64,000 bases of DNA from the NCBI GenBank assembly GCA_051294375.1, contig CM119271.1:2725611-2789610 (forward strand), given 5' to 3'. The first letter of the stretch is position 1. Each line of letters begins with the position of its first letter. Position numbers and translations under genes: made by a program. Below the pieces are notes generated by a model. That model was not told where the DNA came from. It saw nothing but the letters and a program-made list of their open reading frames with translations, and did not search any database. The stretch comes from Paraspadella gotoi. Its lineage: Eukaryota > Animalia > Chaetognatha. Shown here piece by piece: positions 1-14,851 of this stretch.

Positions 1-20
1 AAAAGAGAGATGAGAGAGAG

Positions 21-91
<71 letters not shown>

Positions 92-164
92 CGTTCTTGT
101 TATCGCCGGCGGACATTCGGTGATCATGTGACTCTGAAGGGGATAATTGAAGGAAGGAGGAAGA

Positions 165-208
<44 letters not shown>

Positions 209-3200
209 AACAAGTTTTCTTGCGAGACGTCGCTCGGAGGAAGAAAACGGGAGCGCGCGACAAACAAGGCGCCGCGGCGCTCAACAAGTAAGACAACGCC
301 GGCGCGCTTGGGATGGCGTCGGCGCCCGAGGTGGCGCCGGTCACTTTTTATTCGCGAATCTCACGGGACGGGAAGAGGTGAGGTTCGCTAGGATGCAATT
401 AGTCTGTGAATAATCGCATATTCGCATATTCACGTATAATCGCGTCCTGCTTTATTTTAAAGTTAACTTGATTCAAAAGTTTTTTTCCATAATAAATATT
501 TATCAATTTCTTGTGAGAACACGGTAAGTTTCTGATACCCTCATTAGCTTGACAAGTAAGCTTAAAAGCTTTATTCAAGTTGACAATCGAAAGGAAAATT
601 AATAACATTGAAACGGCAACCACACTCATAGCGTTCATGTTTTTAAAATGTTTAAAACGAAAATATTTTTTTTTCTTTTCAATATTCGTTCCTCCCTAAT
701 CTCCTTTTTTTCTTTTCTTTTTTTTTCTTTTTTATGTCTTTTGTTTTCTTTTCTCTTTCCTCTTTTCCTCCCGATCGACGAAAAGAAGAAAGGAGAGCGA
801 CTCGCATGTTTTTGTAGTCGTCGTTGTTGTCGTTTCGTTGTTCTCTGATTTAATTCTAGTAGTTCTCTCCGTCGAAAAATCCGGAATAAATCTCGTGTGG
901 AATTTATGTAATATTAACAAACAAATAAAAATATTTGAATTTAAATAACCCGGCGAATTCCATCGCTTGACTGTTCAAGACATTATCTCTCCACCTCATT
1001 GGTCACCAAAAAAACCAAGCACGTTCTCTTTTGTCTTTCATCTAAACCCATATTGCTTGTCAACTCGGTACGATTTCGCGTTTCCACTTCCGGGCCTCGA
1101 CTCAACCTAGCGTCAAGCTTGCTTTCTTAGGTCGAAGAGAGCCTCGAGGCGGAAACCGGCGCCAATATGTGGAACCGGAAGTGGGTGGCGCCGGGAAGGA
1201 GAAGATTGGAACCGGAAGCAGAGAAATGGCGCCGGAGGCGACCGGCGTCGCGGCGTTCTCTGGGGAGACGGCGACGTAAGAAAAAGGAAAGAAAAATTTG
1301 AATTTTTTTTTTTTGTCACAGANNNNNNNNNNGAAAAAATTTGAGGTTTTTGCGATGAGTTATTTTTTTTGTCACAGAAGAGCATTTGCCTTGAAGAAAA
1401 CTGGCTGGAGCTAAAAAATCAGCTTTACTGCGAATGTGTATTGTGATTGTCCGATATACCTTTTGCGACTAGTTTTGAAAGAAAAAAAATAACTATAAGA
1501 ATAAACTGAATAAATAAAGAAGAATTGTTTAAGGGAGTGTCAAATAAGAAACAATTTTGAAAATATTAAAAAAAAATAATCACACTTTTTTCCCCCCAAA
1601 AATTGGAATAGGGAAGCTTAGGAACTTGGGAGTGAAGGAAACGAGACGGTGAGAATGTCCTGATTGAAAGCTCGCAGGAACTTGCTATGTATTATCTAGT
1701 AAGAAGTGGATGGAAGGCCTTAAACCACCAAAGCCAGGTCAAAGTCAGGGGCAACGTAAGCATTAATTTATTACAGATGACTGGATAACTTTTATAATGT
1801 GGTTTGTACAAATTTTCGATAAGAATACGATAAAAACACATATAGAAGGGCAGAAAAAACCCAATAGAATTAATCGAATAGATTAGAATACAATATAAAA
1901 AATAGAATAATAAACGAAATTCAAAATAAATTGCACATAAAAACGCCGAATGAAAATTAAAAAATAAAACGCGCCATTCTCTTCACAGAGCAATGTCCAA
2001 GAATGGAATCGGTCCCCCCCTTCCCACCACGTGATCCAAATGGCCTTAATATTCCGGATAACCTCTCTTTTTCGGCAAAAACAACTTTTTTCTCGTATCT
2101 GATTATGCATAGAATGCCATCTGAGTTTTGTTAGAAACGTTCACGATAATAAAAAGTGATTTGAAAAAATAATGGAGAAAAAATTCATTTACGCGGCAAA
2201 TTTGGTTCTTAAAGAAATCATTTTATGGTAGTTGAACAACTTTTGATTTTATTTTTTGATAATAAAAAGAAAATTGACCCAACTTAATATTTTTTTCATT
2301 ATATATATTATAAAGTGAATAGGTGTATATTTGCCTAAATATAAACAATCATTAAGTTTAATCTTTTTAAAAAGTGCGTTCAGCAAATTAAGAATCGGAA
2401 AATCGGTCAAAGAAAAGAATGCATATAGTAATTTCTGAGAATATCGAAATTCTTTTTTATTATTTTGGATGAAAAGATTTTTAAATTTTCTCAAAAGGGG
2501 GACAAATGCGGAATGATTTAATTAATACTGATTAGTAATTAAGGATGTATCATTAGGAACTAAATCTGGTTGATTGAAATCGGTTGAAATTCGATGAGTT
2601 TTTATATGTTTTCTTATGCATACATAAGTGGGACAAATATAAAAATCTTTTTTTTATTTTGTTAACAAGCTAGACAAAGAGCTTTTAATAATAACAAAGT
2701 CAAATCAATTTTTTCTCTTCCACCCATCTGGGTGAAACAAACCTCTCAAAGACATCACCCGAATAGGAGATTTGACTTATAACTTGAGAAAGATAATTTT
2801 AGAAACTGTTATTACATAAGACTTTGTACCATTACTATGGAAGAGACTGATATGCATTTATGCCCGTATGTTCAGGTGGCTTTTAATCCGGTTTTAATTT
2901 TTTTTGGTCACTGTGCCTCCACGGCCCTCACCGCTTTCACGCTGGAAATAGCCAAGTTTATTTTCGGAATTTTTCCGTCGGTTTTTTAATGTTTACGCGA
3001 CTAAACGAGTTTAGACGTCGAAACGACAAACAAATGATAAAAATAAAAATGAAATAAAAAAAAATTGAAAAAAGGAATAAAAATTGTACAGAAAAATTCA
3101 GAAACTATATTTCAACTCTTCTAATGATTTACACAACGAAACGAAAGGATTACACCACAAAGAAAAAGAGAAAAAATTGAAAATAAAGCTGTCGTAAATG

Positions 3201-3346
3201 AGTCGTCTTTCTTTTTTCTTTGTTTCTTTGTTTTTTTGTTTCTTTATTTCTTTCTTTCTTTCACTTTCTCTTTTTCTGTCGCTCTCTCTTGCTTTGTACT
3301 TCAAAGTTTTTGTTGCGCAAAATTGACAGAGGGAAGAGAGACAGAT

Positions 3347-3389
<43 letters not shown>

Positions 3390-3800
3390 GGCAGAAAATA
3401 TACGAGGGAAAATCCCGAGAAAGAAAAAAAAGAAGGAAATATAAGCTTTTTGGCTTTTCTGTCGTTTCCATCAACTGTTGCATTTTTGCATTCCGGCATT
3501 CTCCGCTTTGTCTCACATCCTCTTCCTTCTCTCCTATCTCTTATTCTTCCTCCTCCTCCTCCTCCTCTTCATCCTCCTCCGCATCCCACATTCTCCTCCG
3601 ACCTTTACTTTCCTCTTTTCCCTTTATTTTTCTTTCTTTCTTTCTTTATTTCTTTTTATCTTTTTTATTTCTTTCTTTATTTCTTTCTTTCTGTCTTTCT
3701 TTCTTTATTTCTTTCTTTATTTCTTTCTTTCTTTCATTCTTTTTTTTCTTTTCTTTCTTTTCTTTCTTTTCTTTTCTTTCTTTTATTTCTTTTCCATAGT

Positions 3801-3840
<40 letters not shown>

Positions 3841-4285
3841 TCCTTCTTCTATTTTTTTTCTTTCGTTATTTCTTTCTGTCTTTCTTTATGTCTTTCATGC
3901 TTTCCTTCTTTCTTTCTTTCTTTTCTTTCTTTCATTCTTTTCTTTCTTTTCTTTCTTTCTTTCCTTTTTTAATTTCTTTTCTTTCGTTCTTTCTTTCTTT
4001 ATTTCTTTCGGTCTTTCTTTCTCTTTTTCTTTCCTCCTCTACACAAACCACTCCACATCCCAAAAATGCCATATCCACCCTCCTCCCATTTTTGCCATCC
4101 GTCCGGCGCCGTCCCGTCGAATGCCATCTTCCCTCCCTCGTCAGTTGTTGCCACAATCCCATCCCACGGAATGGAACTTCACCGCCGAATAAATAATATC
4201 GGACGGAAACGCATTTNNNNNNNNNNNNNNNNNNNNNNNNNCTCTCTCTCATTCTCCCCCCCCCTCCCTTGACTCTCTCTCTCTC

Positions 4286-4383
<98 letters not shown>

Positions 4384-5767
4384 ACTGGCGCGTGAAACTA
4401 ATCGTCCGCCCCCGTAATATTTGCGTGCTTCGTTATCTGTTTCTTCGCCAAATCACAAAACCCATCACAACCCAATTGTAAACCTTCCTTACAAAATCCT
4501 TTTCCCTTTGCCACCTTCGCCTTTTTTTCCTTTTTTCATTTTCTTTTCTTTCTTCTTCTCAAACATTTTCTTTTTCTTTTCTTCCTCATGTTAAATTCTT
4601 CCTCTTCCTTCCTCTTTTCTCTCTCCTTTTTTCTTTTCTCCCTCTCTCCACCACCTCTCATCTCTTATATTTATTTCTTACCCCGCTCCCTCCCCCCCTC
4701 ATCAATCTCTCCTCTTCTCTTCTCTTACTCCTCTTCATCTCTCTCTCTCGTCATCTCTCTCTCCTCTCTCTCTCTGCTCTCTCTTTATCTCTCTCTTCTC
4801 GTCTCTCTCTTTCTACGCTCTCATTCATCGACTCTCTATCTCTCCCCAATCCTTCCAATTTTCTGATGCGTTTTCCCGTTTCCCTTTTTTATCGATATCA
4901 TCTATACGACGTTGAAATCCCACCAGACGGACGCGGAATATCGGACGCGACTTTCGGACGCGGGCGCCGGTATCCGGCCGGTGGACGCCGCCTTTTCGGC
5001 TCGGAGCGACGTCAATTCTTGCCTGATGGCGCCGCCGATTTTAGTCTTCCGCGCTCGCGATTCTGAGTACGGCGCCGTCGACCTCTGGACGGTATTGGCG
5101 TTCTTGTTCTATACTTTTCGTTTTCGATTTCGATATAAGCGCATGGCCAGAGAGAATCGCTTTATATTTTCCGACTCTCAACGGCCCCGCCAATCTAGTA
5201 TAGCGGGTCCGACCTTGGATTATGGTTTGGCAAGTAGAATATTGTTAGGGGATTAAAAAACTATTGATTTATAGATTATTAATTTATTTATTATTTATTT
5301 TTTATTTTTTATTTATTAATAATAATTTATTAAATTGGATTTTTAATATGGTTGTTAATGAGTTATTTAGATTTAACTTTTTTAACTGACATCGCAACTG
5401 AAGAATACATGATGGTATACCTAAATGTCGCCAGAATTATACTTAATTACCTATTATAAATTAGCTACACATTGAACAGAATGTTACGTACATGAATATC
5501 ACTGGTTTTTACAGTACAGTAACCGTTTAACCGTAACTTAAAAAAAAACCCCGTCCATCTTTAATGAAATAAATAGTTTTCGCGATTGGTGGGTACATTT
5601 TCGCCCCACACCTCTTTCGCAGGGGTTCGTCCATTTTTTGAATTTTTTCAAAAGGCGAATTACTTTATGTATACTGTTTCTCCAGTATATCGCTTTCGTT
5701 CAACTCCCGATTGGTTTGCCCGTCTCGGATGAATTCCAGACACCGGGTTATTCTCTCTCTCTCTACT

Positions 5768-5874
<107 letters not shown>

Positions 5875-6884
5875 TTCCCTACCCAAATTTACAGGAGTAA
5901 ATAACATCCAGTTTCTGGAATAACTTTTACATTTAGTTTTATAATTTATATCAAGCGCCTTGTTCGCGTACAAAATACTTTCGATTACCCACTATTTTGA
6001 TTACGATGCTCTGGCGGAATTTATATCTTCCAGATATGTCATAAATATATTCGCATTTTTGGTCTTAACCCTTTCCCATCGCCCCTGAGATTTCACAGTC
6101 TTTCATCTTTCAATCGAAAATTTTGGTCTCGGGGGGAAAGAAGAAGACGCGACCAGCGTTGCCCTTTTTTTGTTTGGTGGGATGTGAGGGGTGGAGAGGG
6201 GGAAAGGGTCGGAGTGGCATGTGAAAAATTTGCTGTTCTATTTCTAGTTATTTGTTTTCTTAAAACTTGTTTTTGAGCAAAATAAATTTAAATTAGCGAA
6301 TTCTTATAATAAAAATGAAATTTAATACAAAATAAAAATTATCTCATTCATTTAATAATTAAGCTATCTTGCTTCTGGCTTTGGTGGTTTTTTAATGACT
6401 CCATCACTTTTTGTCACTTACAAATAATGACAGAGCAGGTCCTGCAAGCTTTCATCAAGAATCTCTCACAATCTCGTTTTTTTCACTCCCGAGTACCTGG
6501 CATTAATATTCTAGAAATGTTTCAATTGCTGAAAGGACTCCTTAAGTATTATATCGGGAATACTATTTTGTACTCCGCACTATTAATTTTTAAAGACAAA
6601 AAATACATGCATTTGTTCGTCTCGAATCATAGTCCTACACTCTCTCCTACTACCGCTCCCCCGAGCAAATCGAACACAAGAATTTACAAAAAGAGGCATC
6701 GCGACAATTCTCGTCGACACAAACAAATTTAAATCGCGCAGCTTAGAACAGCTCTTACACAGTTTCGTCTTCGTGTTGAATCTTTTTCGCGAGCGTTCCT
6801 TATTTCACAATTTTTTCGATCCAATTTTATCTCCAAAATATAATCGGTTTTAGTTCTTTTTTTTTTTTTTTTGCGAAAAAAGTG

Positions 6885-7881
6885 ATGCGGTTTGAAGAAA
6901 GAAGAAAGGAAGGTATGCGGGGGAAAGACGGCGACGGATCAAGATCGGACTACGAGTTCCGAACCCTGATTAGGTCCGTACGCGACGGACGACGACGACG
7001 ACGACGGAAACACTTTACCTGAACATTCATGTTCAATTTAGAAACGTACGCGAAGCCCAGTTGGATCAGGAGCGAATGGTCAACGACAAAGAACGTCTAC
7101 GGTTACACCATCAATCGCAAGGTAAAGAGGGAAAAATCTTGAATTAACTAATTCTGCTTAAAATATTTATCGTAGTGTAATTTAATTGACAAATTTTTAA
7201 GGAAAACTTGACTTGGGAAGGACGTCGATCCAATATTCGGATGGAGACGGTGGTCCTCATGGTAAACAGTTTTAGAAGATAACCTTGAAGCAATTTAATC
7301 GTTCGCTTTTAAAACCCAAAAAAGTTTTCATTATAACAAATTCAAAACAACAAAACTCTACAAAACAGAAACGACCGATCCCGCTGGACGACGACGACGA
7401 CGACGATATTCCAGCGACGGCGGTCTCGCAGTCCCAGAGCGAAGGACGAGCACCAGTACGGCCAAGGCTTACACCTCAACTTGGAACCGCGGAAGGAGGA
7501 CGGAACGACAAGAAGAAGGGTCGCTTTCGGGCGTTGGGCCTGGAACTGGAACCAGGCGAGGAGAAGAATTAGAGGAAGAGGAAGTGCCGGAGAAGGAGGA
7601 GACGGTGCAAAGAGCCAACGACGCGGCTCGCCATTCATCGCCATCGTTTCCATGATTGGTGCTCGTCGTCATCATGCCATCATCCTTCTCGCTCCAACGT
7701 CAACGCAGAGGAGAAAAAGGACGAGACGGCGCTGGACACGCGGGCAAGGCGGCCGCCAGGCGAAGGGAGCGAAAGTCTCGGGTGAGCGAGGCGGCGGGTC
7801 TAAGAAGCCGTTCGGGAAGTAAAGGGGGTCTCGCGCCGCCATGCGCCCGCTTCAGAGGCCAACAACTTTTTATTCTTCTGA
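6885..7881 (+). pseudogene. Frameshifted (or read-error) duplicate of the single-pass membrane protein gene at 13636-14641
   Basis: Same exons and introns as copy 2 but with many indels breaking the frame. Confidence 0.7.
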
Positions 7882-8817
7882 CGAGAAGGAAAGGCGTCGG
7901 CGACAAAGTTTCTAGGATTTCGTTGTTTTTTATTTTTTTAGATTTTTTTTGATTTTACCTCGCTCCCCCAACTCGCCTTTACGGGACGTCGACGGAGAGG
8001 GGAGAGGAGAGAGATGAGAGAGAGAGAGAGAGAGAGAGATGAGAAGAGAAGAGAGAGAGAGAGAGAGAGAGATAATCGTACACGCACGAACGACATCAAA
8101 ATTTCGCGGAACAATTACTACTTTTTTTCGGTTGAGATTCTGTGTCTTGAATCGCTTTCAATTTGTTTTTCGCAGCTTTTTTGGCCGATTAAAAATATAT
8201 ATACACTAATTATATAAAAAAATACTTTCAGTGGAAAAAAAAAACGTATTATTTATTGGACGCGGTCAAGCCTCGTCGCCTTCTTCTTTGTACTATCTGG
8301 AAGGCGCGGGGAAGATTAGGCAGTTAGATTTGTAGATTAGAAGATTAAACATTCTCAGAAGGATTTAAGGAATGGACCCTAATTTTTCAATGCCGAAATT
8401 TTACCGTGCAGTGTTACAATAGCCAATAAACAACGATTGTATAAAACAAACAGTTAAATTTCAAAGGGAAATTTTAAAAAGTAGAAAACTGTTAACGCAG
8501 GTTACCTCAAAAGTCACACAATCGCAACTAAATTCTATTTGATCCAAACATCTAAAAGGCACCGTTTAAAAATCACTCTTACAATCCAGGAAAAGTTTTA
8601 AAATTAATATGAAAGTTATTAAATTTAAAATAAACAGAATATCGAATTTTTTTTCTCTTACTCTCGCAATATAGAACTTAGTAAGATACTTAAAATTGTA
8701 TGAAACTATTTAGCTTGTCCAGTTTGTCGATAAGGAAAAGAAATCAGAGCGAATTAAAACCAACAACAAAAACAAAATAATAAAAATCGGATTAAAAAAA
8801 TCCCCAAAAAAACCAAA

Positions 8818-9603
8818 ATGACGATTTAAGTGAAAGCCACGCCGACCGAGATTCAAGACGGAAAAAGCCACGATGGTACTCCAGCCAAACCGGTCCGTTC
8901 AAATTTTAACTAACCCCTTCCACCGCGCGGAGGTTCCGTCAATATTCGTCAGCTACCTGCCCTTGGGTCGGCCAAATGACCGACTTCAATTTCGTTCAAC
9001 CTCCTTACGCCTCCGCAATCGAGTTCAGCAGGACGAAAGCCTTTAGACACAAGTCCTCTGCTACGTCACTCGACTGACTTTGTCACGGCGTCAACCGAGG
9101 CTCCGCCAACGCGACGGACAAGATTTCTGTCACGTCCCACGGAAAGAGTCTGCCACGGCATCCGACAGATCTCTGCCACGGCATTCCGACAAGGACCCCT
9201 TATCACGGCGCCACCAAATCTCTTGCTGACGGCGCCCCCCGACCAAATCTCTGCTACGGCGTCGACAAACCTCTACCACGGCTCGTCCGCGATACCTCTG
9301 TCCACGCTCGCCCAACTCCCCGGTTCTTAATTCGCCGCAGCGAGAAAAGCGAGGTTGGTCGAAGCGATCAAAATCGGCGCCGGAATGAAACGGCGAAAGT
9401 AAGCTTTTATAACGAAAGTTCTATCCTTTTAAGACGTTTACACCAATTCTGACTCAAAACTTTTATTTTTCTTGTAAGGAACGCCGCTCCGGAATTCGGC
9501 GCGAGGAGAACCAAAAAGCCGGCGTCATTTGGACCAAAAGGGGCGACGCCGGTTCCGAATGGACCGAAAGGAGGCCGATTGGAATTTCAACGATTCAGGT
9601 TAA
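8818..9603 (+). pseudogene. Frameshifted (or read-error) duplicate of the Ser/Thr/Ala repeat protein gene at 15591-16327
   Basis: Colinear with 15591-16327, with indels and a ~30-nt extra segment near 9510-9540. Confidence 0.7.
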
Positions 9604-10189
9604 GACAATAACAAAACTTTACAACAACAACAAAAACAAGTTTTTTAAAAAAAAAAAGAAAGTCAGTATTTTTTAATTGTTTTGAATGGGGTATTCTTTT
9701 CTCAACTTAGGATTGTAAAATGTAATGTATTGGATTGGGTTGGCCATCGCAGTGGACTAAATATAAAAGGAGCATATTCTCAATCTTTTTAAAAAATAAG
9801 AAAAAAGGGTGTTGCAACAATTATTTTTAAATTTATTGCTAAAAAAAACGATCATAAACAATTTAGAAGACCAAAACTTAACAACTAGCTACAATTACAG
9901 AGAAAACAGGCGAGAGTTTACGAGCGATGAGTTGAATGTCGAACTGAAAGCTCGAACACTTTCGCATATAATTCGGAAATCCATGGGAACAATTCATCAA
10001 CCGTCAGAAAAAACTATAAATCTTCTGTTTTATATAAATATTCAAATATAAAAAATAAGAAACTAAAAAAAAAAAAGAAGAAAATATTCGCAATCTAAAA
10101 TCCGCGTTTAAATTTGAGAAATTGTCTATCGACGATCGCTGCAAACGGCGTAACGGATCGCAGCAGCAACCCAGGACGGCCGCATCCGC

Positions 10190-11192
10190 GCCAACAGTTT
10201 TACCCTATCCCGCGACGCTCTAACTCTACGCGACGCCGATTCGACCATCGTTATCGACGCCGCTTCGCATTTCGCATCTCGATTCCCCGACTCGAGCGAC
10301 ACGGAATAAACTTCCATTCTCGACGGCGTTCGGTCGTTCTCCGTCTTCCTAGTTCCGCTTCACTAAATATGGCGGCGTCGTGTTGACGCAGCAACTTCGC
10401 GTTAATTCGAGATCTCAGTATTGCCCAGGCCCCGGCGAAATATTGACATCTTGCAGCGACCATGGACAATATGACGAATATATTGAAGAACTCAGCCAAA
10501 TTACGGTCAAGGTGCCTCGAATCTCTATCGCGGAACTCGCGAGATGGATGCGCGCGCGGATGACAAAGACGGTCTTTTGATGTAGAGGCTTCTCTGCCGT
10601 TATCCCCAGCATGCTTGTTCTCCCACAACATCCAGCCCTGCCAGAATTCGCGCCGAAGAGGTTGAAGAAGAGGCAAAGGTAGAGTTTGACTTGGACGGTT
10701 CCGCCCGGGACTCGTCGACGACTTGCCGAGAATTCCGGCGAGGATGTAGACCGGACAGCACCAGAGCGGCGCCCCTAAATTGGTTTCTTTTTGGCCGGAA
10801 GTCGAGGATGACCGGAACTTTCGTCCTTGGCGGACTTGGAATAGTTCGGTGATTGCGAGAGTCCACGGAGATGATCGTCAAGAGAATTGCAAGTAGTGAG
10901 AACGCCGTGATGAAGCAAATGTTTTGTCGCGTCGTCGTCGGCCGAACGGCCTTCTCCCAGCCGTCGTCCTTCCCGCAGGCCTCCTCGGCGGCGAAAGACG
11001 GCCTCCTCACGCCACGTTAAAGGGCCCCCTTCGATTGGCTCGTGTATTCTTGGCAAAGGAAGATCCCGTCCATCCCGCGAAAGGATCGTGGCGAAAGGCG
11101 TACGAGGAGCATTTCCGGAGTGGACGGCGACGGCCAAGGATAAGCGGCGTCGTCGCAATCTATCACCGCCGCGGGATTCGCTCCCTCTGGCG
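10190..11192 (-). pseudogene. 5'-truncated, frameshifted duplicate of the tandem MS4A-like gene
   Basis: Matches ~16918-17912 and stops at the duplication junction. Fragments NICFITAFS and NIFVILS appear in the ORF track. Confidence 0.75.
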
Positions 11193-12562
11193 GTCTCTAC
11201 TGGCGCCGTGAAACTAATCGTCCGCCCGTAATATTTGCGTGCTTCGTTATCGCTTCTTCGCAAATCACAAAACCCCATCACAACCCAATTGTAACCTNNN
11301 NNNNNNNNNNNNNNNNNNNNNNNNNNNNNNNNNNNNNNNNNNNNNNNNNNNNNNNNNNNNNNNNNNNNNNNNNNNNNNNNNNNNNNNNNNNNNNNNNNNN
11401 NNNNNNNNNNNNNNNNNNNNNNNNNNNNNNNNNNNNNNNNNNNNNNNNNNNNNNNNNNNNNNNNNNNNNNNNNNNNNNNNNNNNNNNNNNNNNNNNNNNN
11501 NNNNNNNNNNNNNNNNNNNNNNNNNNNNNNNNNNNNNNNNNNNNNNNNNNNNNNNNNNNNNNNNNNNNNNNNNNNNNNNNNNNNNNNNNNNNNNNNNNNN
11601 NNNNNNNNNNNNNNNNNNNNNNNNNNNNNNNNNNNNNNNNNNNNNNNNNNNNNNNNNNNNNNNNNNNNNNNNNNNNNNNNNNNCCCTTTTTATCGATATC
11701 ATCTTACGACGTGAAATCCCAACCGAGACGGACGCCGGAATATCGGACGCCGACTTTCCGGACGCCGGCGCCGGCGCCGGCGCCGGTATTCCGGCCGGTG
11801 ACGCCGCCTTTTCGGCTCGGAGCGCCGTCAATTTTGCCTGATGGCGCCGCCGATTTTAGTTCCGCGCTCACGATTCTGAGTACGGCGCCGTCGACCTCTG
11901 GACGGTATGGCGTCTGTTCTACTTTTCGTTTTCGTTTCGATATAAGGCGCATGCGCACAGAGAGAATCATTTATAAGCCCCACTTTTTATATTTTCCTGA
12001 CTCCTCAACGGCCCCGCCAATCTAGTATAGCGGGTCCGACCTTGGGATTAGTGGTTTGGCAAGAATATTGTTAGGGGATTAAAAAACTATTGATTTATAG
12101 ATTTATTTATTTTTTATTTATTTATTAATAATAATTTATTTAAATTGGGATTTTAATTGGTTGTTTTTTTATTTTGTTAAATGAGTTATTTAGATTTAAC
12201 TTTTTAACTGACATCGTAACTGAAGAACAAATGATGGTATAGGTAAATGTCGTCAGAATTATACTTAATACCTATATATAATAAATCATATAAATTAGGT
12301 ACACATTGAACAGGAATGTACGTACATGAATAATCACTCGGTTTTACAGTAAGACCGGTAACCGCAACTTTCGTCCATAGTATATATATATATGGTAAAT
12401 TTTCGCCCACACCTCTTTCGCAGGTTCGTCCATTTTTTCGGTTTTTTCTTTTGAATTTTTTTCAAAAGGCGAATTTACTTTATTATACTGTTTCTCCAGA
12501 TAATCGCTTTCGTTCACTCCCGATTGGTTTGCCCGTCTTCCGATGAATTCCAGACACCGGGA

Positions 12563-12620
<58 letters not shown>

Positions 12621-13635
12621 TTCTCTCTCTCTCTCCCTCCCCAAATTTACAGGAGTAAATAACATCCAGTTTCTGCAATAACTTTTACATTTAGGTTTTA
12701 TAATTTATATCAAGCGCCTTGTTCGCGTACAAAATACTTCGATTACCCACTATTTTAATTACGATGCTCTACGAGATTTATATCTTCCAGATATGTCATA
12801 AATATATTTCGCATTTTTGGTTTAACCCTTTCCCATCGCCCCTGAGATTTCACAGTCTTTCATCTTTCAATCGAAAATTTTGGTCTCGGGGGGAAAGAAG
12901 AAGACGCGACCAGCGTTGCCCTTTTTTTGTTGGTGGGATGTTGAGGGGGTGGAGAGTGGGGAAAGGGGTCGGGAGTGGCAGTGTGAACAAATTTACTGTT
13001 CTATCCCTAGTTTTTTGTTTTCTGAGCAAAATGAATTAATTAGCGAATTCTTATAATAAAAATGAAATTAATACAACAAATATAAAAATTATCCATTCAT
13101 TTAATAATTAAGCTATCTTGCTTCTGGCTTTGGTGGTTTAATGACTCCATCACTCTTTGTCACTTACAAGATAATGACAGAGCAGGTCCCTGCAAGCTTT
13201 CAATCAAGAATCTCTCACAGTCTCGTTTATTCACTCCCAGAGTACCTGGCATAATATTTCAAAGAATGTTTCAATTGCATGAAAAGGCCACTCCCTTAAG
13301 TATTATATCGGGAAATAGTATTTTGTACTCCGCACTATTAATTTTTAAAGACAAAAAATACATGCATTTGTTCGTCTCGAATCACAGTCCTCCACTCTCT
13401 ACTACTACCGACCTCCCCCGAGCAAATTCGATACAAGAATTTACAAAAAAGAGCATCGCCGACAATTTCGTCGACACAAACAAATTTAAATCGCGAGCTT
13501 AGAACAAGCTCTTACACAGTTTCGTCTTCGTGTTGAATCTTTTTCGCGAGCGTTCCTTATTTCACAATTTTTCGATCCAATTTTATCTCCAAAATATAAT
13601 CGGTTTTAGTTCTTTTTTTTTTTGCGAAAAAAGTG

Positions 13636-14641
13636 ATGCGGTTTGGAAGAAAGAAGAAAGGGAAGGATGCGGGGGGAAAGACGGCGACGGATCAAGAGTC
13701 GGACTACGAGTCCGAACCGATCAGGTCCGTACGCGAACGACGACGACGACGACGACGAAACACTTTAACCTGAACATCATGTTCAATTTAGAAACGTACG
13801 CGAAGCCCAGTTGGTCAGGAGCGAGATGGTCAACGACAAAGACGTCTACGGTTACACCATCAATCGCAAGGTAAAAGAGGGAAAAATCTTGAATTAACTA
13901 ATTCTGCTTAAACATATTTATCGTTCATGTAATTTAATTGACAAATTTTTAAGGAAAACTTGACTGGGGACGGACGTCGATCCAAATATTCGGATGGAGA
14001 CGGTGGTCCTCATGGTAAACAGTTTTAGAAAGATAAACCTTGAAGCAATTTAATCGTTCGCTTTTAAAACCCAAAAAAGTTTCATATAACAAATCAAAAC
14101 AACAAAACTCTACAAAACAGAAACGACGATCCCGCTGGACGACGACGACGACGACGACTATTCCAGCGACGGCGAGTCTCGCAGATCCCAGAAGCGAAGG
14201 ACGAGCACCAGACGCCAAGGCTACAACCTCAACTGGAACCGCGGAAGGAGGACGAACGACAAGAAGAAGGGTCGCTTCGGGCGTTGGGCCTGGAACTGGA
14301 ACCAGGGCGAGGAAGAAGAATTAGAGGAGGAAGTGCCGGAGAAGGAGGAGACGGTGCAAGAAGCCAACGACAAGCGGCTCGCCATCATCGCCATCGTTTC
14401 CATGATTCTGGTGCTCGTCGTCATCATGCCCATCATCCTTCTCGCCTCCAACGTCAACGCAGAGGAGAAAAAGGACGAGACGGCGCTGGACAACGCGGGC
14501 AAGGCGGCCGCCAAGGCGAAGGGAGCGAAAGGCTCGGGGAGCGGAGGCGGCGGGTCTAAGAAAGCCGGTTCGGGAAGTAAAGGAGGGTCTCGCGCCGCCA
14601 TGCCGCCCGCTTCAGAGGCCAACAACTTTTTATTCTTCTGA
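13636..14641 (+). CDS. 3-exon gene, ~270 aa type II-like single-pass membrane protein of unknown family
   Basis: Exons 13636-13870 (one apparent 1-nt error), 13954-14014, 14121-14641, with phase-consistent GT-AG introns. Translation MRFGRKKKGKD...VYGYTINRK|ENLTGDG...|ETTIPLDDDD...KRLAIIAIVSMILVLVVIMPIILLASN...NNFLFF*. One clear TM helix. Confidence 0.7.
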
Positions 14642-14768
14642 CGAAAGGAAAGGCGTCGGCGACAAAGTTTCTAGGAATTTCGTTGTTTTTTTATTTTTTT
14701 AGATTTTTTTGATTTTACCTCGCTCCCCCCCAACTCGCCTTTACGGGGACGTCGGACGGCAGAGGGAG

Positions 14769-14851
<83 letters not shown>

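Noticed and set aside
3098-4481. ORFs rich in SLSL/ERER/FLSF here and throughout the ORF track
   Set aside because: They are translations of (CT)n, (GA)n and (CTTT)n microsatellites.
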